From an uncultured virus (IMG/VR IMGVR_UViG_3300014656_005142) (Duplodnaviria; Heunggongvirae; Uroviricota; Caudoviricetes), in the IMG/VR virus record IMGVR_UViG_3300014656_005142: a stretch of 20,000 nt of DNA. One strand, given 5' to 3'. Positions 8,426-16,998 of this stretch are shown here, in pieces. The notes under the pieces were generated by a model. The model did no database searches. It was not told where the DNA came from and saw only the letters and a list, made by a program, of their open reading frames with translations. Numbering within the stretch: position 1 is the first letter of the stretch; each line of letters starts with the position of its first letter. A program made the translations under genes and the position numbers.

Positions 8426-8797
8426 ATGGGATTATCTTTAGGAGATGTTGCTGGAGAAGTATTTCTTAGGATTGATAGTGTGGAAGGGCTTCCTAAGCTA
8501 AAGAAGACTGGAGTTTATGAAATTCTCAAGGCTTCTTTTGATGTAATTACTCAAGCTGTATCTGCGGGAGAACCTGTTTCTATTTCTTATTTTGGAAAGT
8601 TTACTCCCTATATTAAAGCAGCTAGGAAAGCTAGGAATCCCCATACGGGTCTATCAGTTTCTGTTCCAGAAAAAACCGTTGTTAAATTTAGGCCGAGTAG
8701 TGCTCTTAGAGAATCTGCTCTTTCTGCTCTTGGAAATCTTAAAGAGTCTTCTAAGAAGGAAGAGAAGAAACCTCTCAAGAAGAAGAAAAAGAAGTAA
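8426..8797 (+). CDS. HU/IHF-family DNA-binding protein with Lys-rich tail (start revised to ATG 8426)
   Basis: GEPVSISYFGKF...ARKARNPHTG..V.VPEK.VVKFRPS; AAGGAGGTGA SD at 8411-8420. Confidence 0.92.
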   Translation: MGLSLGDVAGEVFLRIDSVEGLPKLKKTGVYEILKASFDVITQAVSAGEPVSISYFGKFTPYIKAARKARNPHTGLSVSVPEKTVVKFRPSSALRESALSALGNLKESSKKEEKKPLKKKKKK

Positions 8798-8816
8798 TTT
8801 TAATATTAATATCTTT

Positions 8817-8851
8817 ATAGGGAGGAAGCCTAAAAATTTCCTCCCTATTTT
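8817..8851 (+). terminator. probable intrinsic terminator after the HU gene
   Basis: Perfect 11-bp stem ATAGGGAGGAA (8817-8827) / TTCCTCCCTAT (8838-8848), 10-nt loop, short T run. Confidence 0.65.
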
Positions 8852-8860
8852 AAGGATCAC

Positions 8861-9418
8861 ATGAAACAGACAGTTGGAAAATTTCAGAAATCTAAACTTA
8901 AAAGAGAAATTGCAGGAAAGCTTTTCGAAGATCTTACTAAAATTACATTCACTTTTAAGACTAAGACCTTTGAAGTGGATTTGACTGAAGAGCTCCTGAT
9001 AACTCCTGACAATTTATCTTTGCAGATAGAGAAGATTCCTGCTATTATGGGATATTTAGGTTCTGTTGTGGCTATTGTTGAAAGGGAATCTAGGGATAAG
9101 GAAGATTTAAAGAAAAAAATAGAGGCATCTATAGATAATAAAATAAGAAGAGATGGAGTTGTTGGGGAAGCTAGAATCGAAAAGGCTTTAAGAAGACATC
9201 CTAATTGGATAGATGCATGTATAGAAGTTAATAGGTCTAAGGAAAAATTGGAGATTGCTAGAAGCTTATATGTTGCTCTTAAGATTAAGTTTGAAGCATT
9301 GAAAATAAGAGCTAATGATATTAGGAATGTTCCAGGAGATTCTATCATGGGGGTAAATAAAAAAGAAGTTATTAAAGTGACTAGAATGTCAAAATTCGAT
9401 GAAGGGAATTCTATTTAA
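8861..9418 (+). CDS. UvsY-like recombination mediator protein
   Basis: Helical protein (DL.EEL.I..DNL...P....Y...IEKAL..HP.W...AL..K...L) resembling phage UvsY-like proteins; lies directly before SSB and RecA. Confidence 0.65.
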   Translation: MKQTVGKFQKSKLKREIAGKLFEDLTKITFTFKTKTFEVDLTEELLITPDNLSLQIEKIPAIMGYLGSVVAIVERESRDKEDLKKKIEASIDNKIRRDGVVGEARIEKALRRHPNWIDACIEVNRSKEKLEIARSLYVALKIKFEALKIRANDIRNVPGDSIMGVNKKEVIKVTRMSKFDEGNSI

Positions 9419-9461
9419 AGAAATAAGTATATTTTATTAAGTATTAATAAGGAGGATTAAA

Positions 9462-10616
9462 ATGGGTAAATTTAGTCTTGAAGGAATGAAGAAGAAAAAG
9501 GGAGAGATTAAGAAACAGAAGGAGAAACAAGCTGAAAGGATTAACTTTGTAAGGAGGCATTCTGCTGTTGATGGAAAGAATATTTTTAGGTTTAAAGAAA
9601 CTAATACTGGAGGAGAATATCCTTGGGAAGAAATGGGTCTTCATTACAGATGTGGTCCTAATAAAGATCAAACTGTAAGATGCTTGAGAGATGTAATTGG
9701 AGAAGCAGATGGAATAAAAGATATAGCAAAATGTCCTCAGTGTGTTGAAGTAGATTCTTATTATAAAAAAGGAGGAGAAAGATATAAAGCTTTAGCTGGA
9801 ATTAAAGGAAGAAAACATCGTGTTTTATTAGAAGGAATAAATCTCACTTCCCTTGTAGAAAATTTCGAGAATGACAATGTTCCAGACCCTAAAAAGTGTT
9901 TTGGAAATTTTGTCTTCAGAGAAGAGGATGAAGGGTTTAAAAAATGTAAAATCTGTATTAATAAAGATCCTTGGGGAATGGTATGTAAGTCTGGATTAGG
10001 ATATTTAACTATAGGCCCAACCCTTGGAGAACCTCTTGTTAATCAGGCATATAAAATAGGAAAATCTCTAAAACATAACCCTTTTTCTTTAAAAAATGGA
10101 CATAATTTTGAGTTCAATAAATCGGGAGAAGAGCTTCTTACTAAGTATTCAGATATAGGATTTTCTTTAGATTCTTATAATCTTCCTCTAGTAGTTAAGG
10201 TTTTCATGAAAGATAATTCTTTAGATTGGTCTAGAGTTTATCCCAAAGTAGGCAAGGAAGAGATGTCAGCTTCAATGGAAGGAGTTGAACCAGAGATTGA
10301 AGATGTAGAAGAAGAGGATCTTGAAGAAGAAGAAAAAGAAACTGAGGAGGAAGAAGAAGTAGAAGAGGAGGATGCTGAAGAGGAAGAAGAGACTGAGGAA
10401 GAAGAAGTAGAAGAAGAAGCTGAGGAGGAGGAAGAAGAAGAACCCGAAGAAGAAGAGGAAGTTGAAGAAGAGGAAGAAGAGGAAGAAGAGGATGAAGAAT
10501 TCTTTAAAGAAATAGAGGATGAATTGGAGAAAGAAAAGAAGTCTTCCCTTTCAGAAAAATTAAAAAAGCAGGCAGAAGATAAGAAGATAAAGATTAAGAA
10601 AAAGATTAAAAAGTAA
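9462..10616 (+). CDS. T4 gp32-like single-stranded DNA-binding protein
   Basis: GKNIFRF; H..(RC)..CPQC zinc-site pattern; GHNFEFNKSG...TKY; long acidic C-terminal region; AAGGAGG SD; position between UvsY-like and RecA genes. Confidence 0.72.
   Translation: MGKFSLEGMKKKKGEIKKQKEKQAERINFVRRHSAVDGKNIFRFKETNTGGEYPWEEMGLHYRCGPNKDQTVRCLRDVIGEADGIKDIAKCPQCVEVDSYYKKGGERYKALAGIKGRKHRVLLEGINLTSLVENFENDNVPDPKKCFGNFVFREEDEGFKKCKICINKDPWGMVCKSGLGYLTIGPTLGEPLVNQAYKIGKSLKHNPFSLKNGHNFEFNKSGEELLTKYSDIGFSLDSYNLPLVVKVFMKDNSLDWSRVYPKVGKEEMSASMEGVEPEIEDVEEEDLEEEEKETEEEEEVEEEDAEEEEETEEEEVEEEAEEEEEEEPEEEEEVEEEEEEEEEDEEFFKEIEDELEKEKKSSLSEKLKKQAEDKKIKIKKKIKK
10290..10493 (+). repeat. four imperfect 51-nt (17-aa) Glu-rich tandem units in the SSB tail
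   Basis: Units start at 10290, 10341, 10392 and 10443: PEIEDVEEEDLEEEEKE / TEEEEEVEEEDAEEEEE / TEEEEVEEEAEEEEEEE / PEEEEEVEEEEEEEEED. Confidence 0.7.
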
Positions 10617-10636
10617 TTTATATTGTAGGAGCTAAA

Positions 10637-11668
10637 ATGTCATCAGAAATGGCTGAGAAATTAGTAGCTGGTGTAAATAAGGCTAGGAAAGAAGAATCTA
10701 TGTTACTCATGAGTGATCCCAAGACTCCTATTACTGTGGATGATGTATTATCTACAGGACTTCCTAATCTAGATAGAATTTTAGCTTGTTCTATTAATGG
10801 AAAGTGGGGACTTCCTGTAGGCCGCATAGTTGGAATCAAATCTAAGCCAAGCGTTGGGAAGACTTCTTTTGTTCTAGGAATTGCTAGAGAAGTTCAGAAA
10901 AGGGGAGGATTAGTTCATATTGTAGAATCTGAACATGCTCTAGATCTTGAGTATATAAGAAAACTTAAATGCAACGTAGAAGATTTTATGATTTCTCAGC
11001 CAGATAATTTGGAAGAGTCTTTTGAAATAATAGAGAATGCTGTAGAATTATGTGTTAATCTAAGAGAAAAATATGATAATCAGGCTCCTTTCTTAATAAT
11101 AATGGATTCCTTTTCAGGATTTCAAACGGAGTCTGAGATGGGTTCTGGATATGGTAGTAGTGGTGGGTTAGCGGAACATGCGAGAGTTGCTTCTAGGGCC
11201 TGTAGGAAGCTGACAGGCCCTATTAAAAAAGCGAAAGCCCTTTTACTGGTTGTTCACCAAATTAAATCTAAGATAGGAATGACATGGGGTAATCCAGAAA
11301 CTCATATTGGCGGAGATGCTTTTCGTTTTCATGATTCTATAGAAATTTCTCTATATAGAACAACTTCATTAAAGTCAGGAACTCAAATCTTAGGCCATTA
11401 TGGAACAGCTAGAACAACTAAGAATAAATTGTATCCCCCCTTTAGAGAAGCTAAGTTTAAAATAATAAATGGAAAAGGATTTGATAGAAATTTTGCTATT
11501 CTTGAATTTTTATTAAGCGAAAAAGAAATAAAGAAAAGGGGAGGATGGTTTACTTTCAGAAGAAGTCCTGAAATTAGATTTCAGGGAAGTTCTAGCTTTT
11601 TTGATCTTTTGAGAGAAGATAAATCGACTAGAATGTTGGTTAGAAAAATTTTATCGGAGAAAACTTAA
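10637..11668 (+). CDS. recA: RecA-family recombinase
   Basis: STG...LD, GLPVGRIV, Walker A SKPSVGKT, ESEHALD, SQPDNLE, Walker B IIMDS, GGDAFRF, KNKL.PPF, KKRGGWF. Confidence 0.95.
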   Translation: MSSEMAEKLVAGVNKARKEESMLLMSDPKTPITVDDVLSTGLPNLDRILACSINGKWGLPVGRIVGIKSKPSVGKTSFVLGIAREVQKRGGLVHIVESEHALDLEYIRKLKCNVEDFMISQPDNLEESFEIIENAVELCVNLREKYDNQAPFLIIMDSFSGFQTESEMGSGYGSSGGLAEHARVASRACRKLTGPIKKAKALLLVVHQIKSKIGMTWGNPETHIGGDAFRFHDSIEISLYRTTSLKSGTQILGHYGTARTTKNKLYPPFREAKFKIINGKGFDRNFAILEFLLSEKEIKKRGGWFTFRRSPEIRFQGSSSFFDLLREDKSTRMLVRKILSEKT

Positions 11669-11674
11669 AAGATT

Positions 11675-11947
11675 ATGAATAAAAATAATACTAAACCTAT
11701 AAGAAAAATTGCATATAATTTGTTGGAAGGAACAATAAAGTTTTTTTTCATAGTTTATATTTCTACGTCTAGTAAGTTTTTAATTAATAAAGAATCTAGA
11801 AAAGAAGAGAGTTTAAATATTTTGTTGAATAAGATTGATGAAGAAACTAAAGATTTTATGAAAATATTAAATAGAAATCTTGAAATTAAATCTGATTTAT
11901 TAGCTGAAATTTTATCTAAAAATATAAATGAAAAAGAAAAAATCTAA
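11675..11947 (+). CDS. hypothetical protein
   Basis: ORF fills the recA-sbcD gap and overlaps the sbcD start. Confidence 0.55.
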   Translation: MNKNNTKPIRKIAYNLLEGTIKFFFIVYISTSSKFLINKESRKEESLNILLNKIDEETKDFMKILNRNLEIKSDLLAEILSKNINEKEKI

Positions 11948-13037
11948 AATAAGGATAGCTGCTCTTGCAGATCTTCATATTACTTCTCGCCTACCCTATA
12001 CCCCTATTGGGGATTCTTTCAGGAAAGATAAACTCATAGAGTTTTTTCATCATTCGTTTAAAATAATTGTAGAGAAAAAAGTTGATATAATTATGGTGGC
12101 TGGAGATATTTTACATCAAACTGCTGTTGATCCTGATGGATTAGATTTGCTTACCTGTTTTGTTGAGCTTTCTCGTATTTCTGGAATCCCGAACATAGTA
12201 GTCTCAGGAAATCATGACATAGATAGAAAAGATTCTATTCTAAAATTTTTGAAACGTATAAATCAGGATCGTGTAATCTTTCATTATTCTCCTAAGACAA
12301 GTGAATATATTTTTGCAGATCTTAATATCAGAGTTGTGGCTATTCCTTCTATGAGTGAAAAGTTATTTGTGAAGAAAGCCATAGAAGAAGGAATACTGGA
12401 AAAAGATCGGAGATCAGAAAGCTTCTATAATATTTTACTAGGACATCAAGGAATAAAAGGAGCAGTGCATGGATCTCTAGAAAGTTTTCATGGAATAGAA
12501 AAGAAAGATATTGAGAAGATATCTAAACTCTATGATCTTATTTTGTTGGGACATTTTCATAAGTTTCAGGCTATATGTGAAAATGGAATTTTCATAGGAC
12601 CCATTCAGCAGACAAGAATTGATGAAGTTAGTATTGATCCAGGATTTATTATAATAGATTTACCAGATATGAAGATTGTCCATATAGAAAATAAATTGAG
12701 TCCCAGATTTAAGATTATAGAATATGGATCTTCTATTGTTGGAAGTGAAATGGAAGGAAATATAGTTAAGCCTATAATTGATCCAGAAAATAATACAGAA
12801 GAAGAAAATAAGAAATTTATATCTGATATAAGAATATGTGATCCTTATTATCTTATTCAACCTAAGTTAAAGAAGACTTATAGCTTAACAAAGAATTATA
12901 AGAAAAAAGAATCTTTAACAAAAGAGGAGGTGATTTTAAAGACTTTAAAAAATATGAATATCAGAGAAGAGAGAAGAGAAGAAATTGAAAAAGAAACTTT
13001 AGATTTCTATAGGAGGATGAGCGATGGGAATTTATGA
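11928..13037 (+). CDS. sbcD: SbcD/Mre11 (gp47-like) metallophosphoesterase nuclease
   Basis: Phosphoesterase motifs ADLH, AGDI, SGNHD, GHQ and LGHFH. Confidence 0.92.
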   Translation: MKKKKSKIRIAALADLHITSRLPYTPIGDSFRKDKLIEFFHHSFKIIVEKKVDIIMVAGDILHQTAVDPDGLDLLTCFVELSRISGIPNIVVSGNHDIDRKDSILKFLKRINQDRVIFHYSPKTSEYIFADLNIRVVAIPSMSEKLFVKKAIEEGILEKDRRSESFYNILLGHQGIKGAVHGSLESFHGIEKKDIEKISKLYDLILLGHFHKFQAICENGIFIGPIQQTRIDEVSIDPGFIIIDLPDMKIVHIENKLSPRFKIIEYGSSIVGSEMEGNIVKPIIDPENNTEEENKKFISDIRICDPYYLIQPKLKKTYSLTKNYKKKESLTKEEVILKTLKNMNIREERREEIEKETLDFYRRMSDGNL

Positions 13038-13299
13038 CATGGTTGGAAATCAGAATATTCAGGTAAAATGCACAAGAGATCCTAGTATGAAACATTACAA
13101 AGTAGGAGATGAAATAGAACTTTCAGATGGTCTTTTCATTGGACATGAAGGGTGGTTTGTGGTTAAAGATGGAAAAATTCTAACAGAAGGGAGAGATATA
13201 TTTGACAAGTGGGGGGATGGAATAAATTTAGAAAGAGATATTCTATCTCCTAGGAATCCTTTAAATAAAAGAGATATAAATAATAAGGATATACTGTAA
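13024..13299 (+). CDS. hypothetical protein
   Basis: AGGAGG SD; overlaps the sbcD stop; TAATG junction to the next gene. Confidence 0.7.
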   Translation: MGIYDMVGNQNIQVKCTRDPSMKHYKVGDEIELSDGLFIGHEGWFVVKDGKILTEGRDIFDKWGDGINLERDILSPRNPLNKRDINNKDIL

Positions 13300-13664
13300 T
13301 GAATGATGTAAGTTATAAAGTCATGAAGACAGAGGAATTTCCTGGATTAATCTTCTACAGAGCTTCTTGTTCTTGTGGAAATGTTGATTGTGACATGACA
13401 TTAGAGTTTGAACATGATAAAGAAACTTGTGATGATATGGTTTTTTTAAATCTTTATAAGAGTCTTCGATGGTGTTCTTCCTGGGTGAGTCCTGATACTT
13501 GGTGGAATAGGGTTAAAAGGAGAATCTTTGGAACATTTGAATTATTATTAACAGGAAGCATTAAGATGGAAGAGTCTTTTATTTTTCAAGGAGAAAATCA
13601 TATTTTAGAATTTATTGCTGCTTTAAATGAAGGATTAGAAAAAATTAAGAGGAAGGAAAAATGA
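13299..13664 (+). CDS. hypothetical protein (CxC..C motif)
   Basis: Translationally coupled ORF; YRASCSCGNVDC and WWNRVKR. Confidence 0.7.
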   Translation: MNDVSYKVMKTEEFPGLIFYRASCSCGNVDCDMTLEFEHDKETCDDMVFLNLYKSLRWCSSWVSPDTWWNRVKRRIFGTFELLLTGSIKMEESFIFQGENHILEFIAALNEGLEKIKRKEK

Positions 13665-13927
13665 TGAAAATTTTTAAAACCCTGAATAGAATTTTTTTTC
13701 CCATTAATGATGCTGGCGATAAATGTAATCATATTTATATTGATCGGTATATAATAAATGACATTGGATATGTTCATCTGATTTGTAAAAAATGCCAAAC
13801 TAAATTAAGAGTTACTTTTTTGGATTACAGAAAACTAAGAGATAAAAATAAAGTTGACGAAGAAGATGAAAAATATTTAAATAGTTTACTTGATTTAACT
13901 CATAGGAGGATAAGTTATGGAGAATAG
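13661..13927 (+). CDS. small protein, possible zinc finger
   Basis: ATGA overlap; CNH...CKKC pattern. Confidence 0.65.
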   Translation: MMKIFKTLNRIFFPINDAGDKCNHIYIDRYIINDIGYVHLICKKCQTKLRVTFLDYRKLRDKNKVDEEDEKYLNSLLDLTHRRISYGE

Positions 13928-14084
13928 AGAATGTCCCATATGTGTTCAGATTATTCCCCCTGGGGACGATTGTGTATCTATATCTTTAATTCCAGAAAGA
14001 AGAATAATTCATATAGGTTGTGCGGAAAAAGTTAAAGAAGGATTAGAAAAATTTAGATTTGATTCTCATTTAGATGATGTTTAG
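13917..14084 (+). CDS. 55-aa CxxC...HxxC zinc-finger protein (absent from ORF track)
   Basis: AGGAGG SD then ATG 13917: MENRECPICVQIIPPGDDCVSISLIPERRIIHIGCAEKVKEGLEKFRFDSHLDDV, ending TAG 14082-14084. Confidence 0.75.
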   Translation: MENRECPICVQIIPPGDDCVSISLIPERRIIHIGCAEKVKEGLEKFRFDSHLDDV

Positions 14085-14095
14085 GAGAATAGGTT

Positions 14096-14290
14096 ATGGA
14101 AAAAGAAAAAAAGATTACGATTGAAGAATTTTTAGAAGGCTTAAGAGAACTTATTTTTCAAGGAATTTTTTATAAAGGATCTCCTAATACTCAAGTTTGG
14201 TCTAATGCTACAATAATTAACGATAAAGAAAAGAGTTTAAATGTTTATCTTAATGATGAATCTAGATTTATAATATCTGTGTCAGAATAG
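14096..14290 (+). CDS. hypothetical protein
   Basis: AGGAG SD fused to the previous TAG stop. Confidence 0.65.
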   Translation: MEKEKKITIEEFLEGLRELIFQGIFYKGSPNTQVWSNATIINDKEKSLNVYLNDESRFIISVSE

Positions 14291-14300
14291 GAGAATCCTA

Positions 14301-14544
14301 GTGAATGATGAACTAATAGAATCCAAAGATGATAGGATATTTTCAATTAATCCTGAATTCTATAAAGCATGTCATAGAATTTCTTTTAATGATGTTGATC
14401 TGGGAGAAGTTGGTTGGTTGGATTGGGGGAGGAGGAAAGATGACTTTCGGAGGAAATATGGAGAAATCTACTATTGTCTTTTTCGAATATCTGAAAGATA
14501 AAGTAGATGAATATATAAAAAATAAAACTAAGAATGGAGAATAG
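14301..14544 (+). pseudogene. probable single 80-aa gene frameshifted at a G5 run
   Basis: Removing one G from GGGGG (14425-14429) joins ...GEVGWLDW to GGGKMTFGGNMEKSTIVFFEYLK..., which then overlaps the next start as neighbouring genes do. Confidence 0.55.
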
Positions 14545-14722
14545 AATGAATCATGCAGAAAAGTGTCCAGTTTGCAATGGGTCTGGTAGAGTAAAGAATA
14601 GTGATCTATATTCTACTGGTTCAAGTGAATTGACTTGCCATGGATGTAAAGGATTAGGATGGGTAGAAGTTTCTGATACCTATCCTACTCCTATTCCTGT
14701 TCATGGTCCTATTTATACTTAA
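14534..14722 (+). CDS. DnaJ-type CxxCxGxG zinc finger protein
   Basis: CPVCNGSG and CHGCKGLG. Confidence 0.75.
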   Translation: MENRMNHAEKCPVCNGSGRVKNSDLYSTGSSELTCHGCKGLGWVEVSDTYPTPIPVHGPIYT

Positions 14723-14820
14723 TTCTTGTTCTGTAATTTTTACCCTATACCAACCCATTGCCTATGGCTTAAAGATTGTCTGTAGGCCCTGTTAGACCGG
14801 TTTTAGACAGCATTATGTAA

Positions 14821-14826
14821 TATAAT
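14821..14826 (+). promoter_or_regulatory. possible -10 element (TATAAT)
   Basis: In the largest intergenic gap, within ATATAATACA, which recurs at 17799-17808; no clear -35 at canonical spacing. Confidence 0.35.
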
Positions 14827-14863
14827 ACAGCTTTATAAAAGTTTAAAATTTAAGGAGGATAAG

Positions 14864-15046
14864 ATGCCAAGTGTATGGAATGCATTTATAGAAGATTATA
14901 AAGATCATTTACACGAGTGGAGTCTTAAATTTACATTAGAAGCATTTTGGCATTATTGCCAAGGTGGATCTAGGGAATGCAATGAACTTCTGGGAAATAA
15001 AAATATTGATGGAATTTATTGGACTACAAATGTAATTCCAGAATAG
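14864..15046 (+). CDS. hypothetical protein
   Basis: AAGGAGG SD at ~14852-14858. Confidence 0.65.
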   Translation: MPSVWNAFIEDYKDHLHEWSLKFTLEAFWHYCQGGSRECNELLGNKNIDGIYWTTNVIPE

Positions 15047-15055
15047 AAGTGATAT

Positions 15056-16990
15056 ATGTTCAAACTCCTCAAATTAGAAGCTTATAATTTTGTTCTCTAT
15101 AAAAAACTCAAAATAGATTTCAGTAATCTTTCTGATAATCTCGTATTTATAGTAGGAGAGAACAAAGAGACTGCTGGAAGTGATTCTAATGGTTGTGGTA
15201 AATCTTTAATCGGAGATCTTCTAACTGATCTTCTTTTTGATGATACTATAAGAAAACATTCTCCAGATTCTTTTGTGGGAAGGTTTGATTACTATTATAG
15301 AGGATATCTTTCTATTCTAGATGAAGATACTAAAGATATCTTTCATATCAGTAAATATAGAAATCACCCTGTTCATAAAAGTAAAGTTAGATTTATAAAA
15401 GAATCTTCTACCGGAGAAAAGAAAAATCTTTCTAGAAAGAAGAGATCGGATACTTATAAAGTTATAGGAGAATCTCTGAATATAAATTGGAAAACTTTTA
15501 AGAATAGAAATTTCTTTGGGCAGAATGATCTTAAGAGATTCCTAGATGTTCCTGATTCTATGAAAGGGGAAATAATTTCTGATATTCAGGATCTAACTGA
15601 TCTTCAAAAGTGTAAAGATAAGTCTCATAAACTCTTCCGAGAAGAAGTTAAAAAAGTAGAAGATATAGAACAAAGAATGCAGATATTATCTGCTTCCATA
15701 GAAGTCATTAAAAATAACAAGAAAAAAATTACTGAAGAATTAAATTCTAGAAAAAAAGCAAGCAAAATAAGAATAGAACAACTTAAGAAGGAATGCATTT
15801 CTATTAAAGAAAAAATTAAATATGCTCTATCTCAATCTAAAGGAATGGATTCTTTAAGAAAGAAATTATCTGTTCTTAAAACTGATATAGATAATTTCAA
15901 TAAGTTGTTGAATACTATAGGGAATATTCGTTCAAAGATATATGATACCAAGGAATCTATTTCTGTTTTTTCTTCTCAAAAAGAATCTATTCAAGAAAAT
16001 ATTTTTGGTAAAAAGAAGTCTCAATCTGATATAAAGCTGGATAAAATTAAGAAATGTGGATATTGTGGTGCAGGATTAAAAGAATATAAAAGAAAATCTA
16101 CTTTGTTATCTTACTATGAAAATGAAATAGAAAAACTTAGTGCAAAAGATTTTAACTTATCTGAAACACTTGTAAATTTAAAAGAAGAGTTTAAATCTAA
16201 AGAAGAAATTTTAAAGAAATTAGATAAAGAAAAGAATTCTTTTATTCCCGTAGTTAATAAAAGAGAAAAGCTCTTAAATGATCTAAGAATTAAAGAAAAA
16301 TGGAATTTTCAGAAGAAATCTTTTGTTTCCGAATTCAATATTAAGAAAAAGATGATCAGTGAATATTTAAAAGAATATAAAGGTTCAGAGAATAACTCTG
16401 TTCTTATATCTTTAGATTCAGATGAAAAGATTAAGGTTAATCAACTTAACCAGAAGCAAAGAGAGTTAAAAGAAATCAGTGATCAGAAAGAAAAGTATGA
16501 AATAATGGAGAATGCTTATGAGTTGTCTATGAGAAAGATGTTCAGTGATTTTTTAGACCAGCTTAATTTCTTTTCTAATTATTTCCTAGGAATTCTATCT
16601 GAAAATGATGTATCGGTAGTCTTTAGTCCTAAAAAGAAGTTAAAGAGTAAGAAAATAGTAGATGAAATTACAGTAAGAGTGAGCGTTAACAAAGATAAAC
16701 CTAGAGATATAAGAACATATTCTGGAGGAGAAAAGAGTAGAATAAATATATCTACTCAGTTAAGTCTTTTTTCTTCAGCAGATTCCCCTATGGCTCTTTT
16801 GTTTTTTGATGAACCCTTCGTTGGGGTTGATAAAGAAGGGAGAGACAGAATAATTCAAATTCTAAGAGAAAGAGCAGACGAAGGAACGTTGATTATAGTG
16901 ATAAGTCATGAAGATATTGTTAGAGGCTATGGGAATATGTTGAATGTTGTAAGAGATAATGGTCGAAGTCTTGTCCAGGCGATAGAATGA
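15056..16990 (+). CDS. sbcC: SbcC/Rad50 (gp46-like) SMC-family ATPase
   Basis: Walker A GEN...SNGCGKS, Q-loop FFGQ, coiled coils with zinc hook CGYC, signature YSGGE, Walker B/D-loop FFDEPFVGVD, H-loop ISHE. Confidence 0.94.
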   Translation: MFKLLKLEAYNFVLYKKLKIDFSNLSDNLVFIVGENKETAGSDSNGCGKSLIGDLLTDLLFDDTIRKHSPDSFVGRFDYYYRGYLSILDEDTKDIFHISKYRNHPVHKSKVRFIKESSTGEKKNLSRKKRSDTYKVIGESLNINWKTFKNRNFFGQNDLKRFLDVPDSMKGEIISDIQDLTDLQKCKDKSHKLFREEVKKVEDIEQRMQILSASIEVIKNNKKKITEELNSRKKASKIRIEQLKKECISIKEKIKYALSQSKGMDSLRKKLSVLKTDIDNFNKLLNTIGNIRSKIYDTKESISVFSSQKESIQENIFGKKKSQSDIKLDKIKKCGYCGAGLKEYKRKSTLLSYYENEIEKLSAKDFNLSETLVNLKEEFKSKEEILKKLDKEKNSFIPVVNKREKLLNDLRIKEKWNFQKKSFVSEFNIKKKMISEYLKEYKGSENNSVLISLDSDEKIKVNQLNQKQRELKEISDQKEKYEIMENAYELSMRKMFSDFLDQLNFFSNYFLGILSENDVSVVFSPKKKLKSKKIVDEITVRVSVNKDKPRDIRTYSGGEKSRINISTQLSLFSSADSPMALLFFDEPFVGVDKEGRDRIIQILRERADEGTLIIVISHEDIVRGYGNMLNVVRDNGRSLVQAIE

Positions 16991-16998
16991 GAGGTCAG

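Noticed and set aside
8592..8864. 90-aa + strand ORF overlapping HU
   Set aside because: Out-of-frame overlap of the conserved HU gene, runs through the terminator hairpin, and has a TTG start without an SD.
10290..10500. CRISPR array or non-coding repeat
   Set aside because: It is an in-frame GAA/GAG coding repeat with no spacer structure.
2459..11668. Inteins or introns in dnaE, recA or the TS-like gene
   Set aside because: Lengths are normal, motifs are contiguous, and no C...HN splice junctions or LAGLIDADG blocks are visible.
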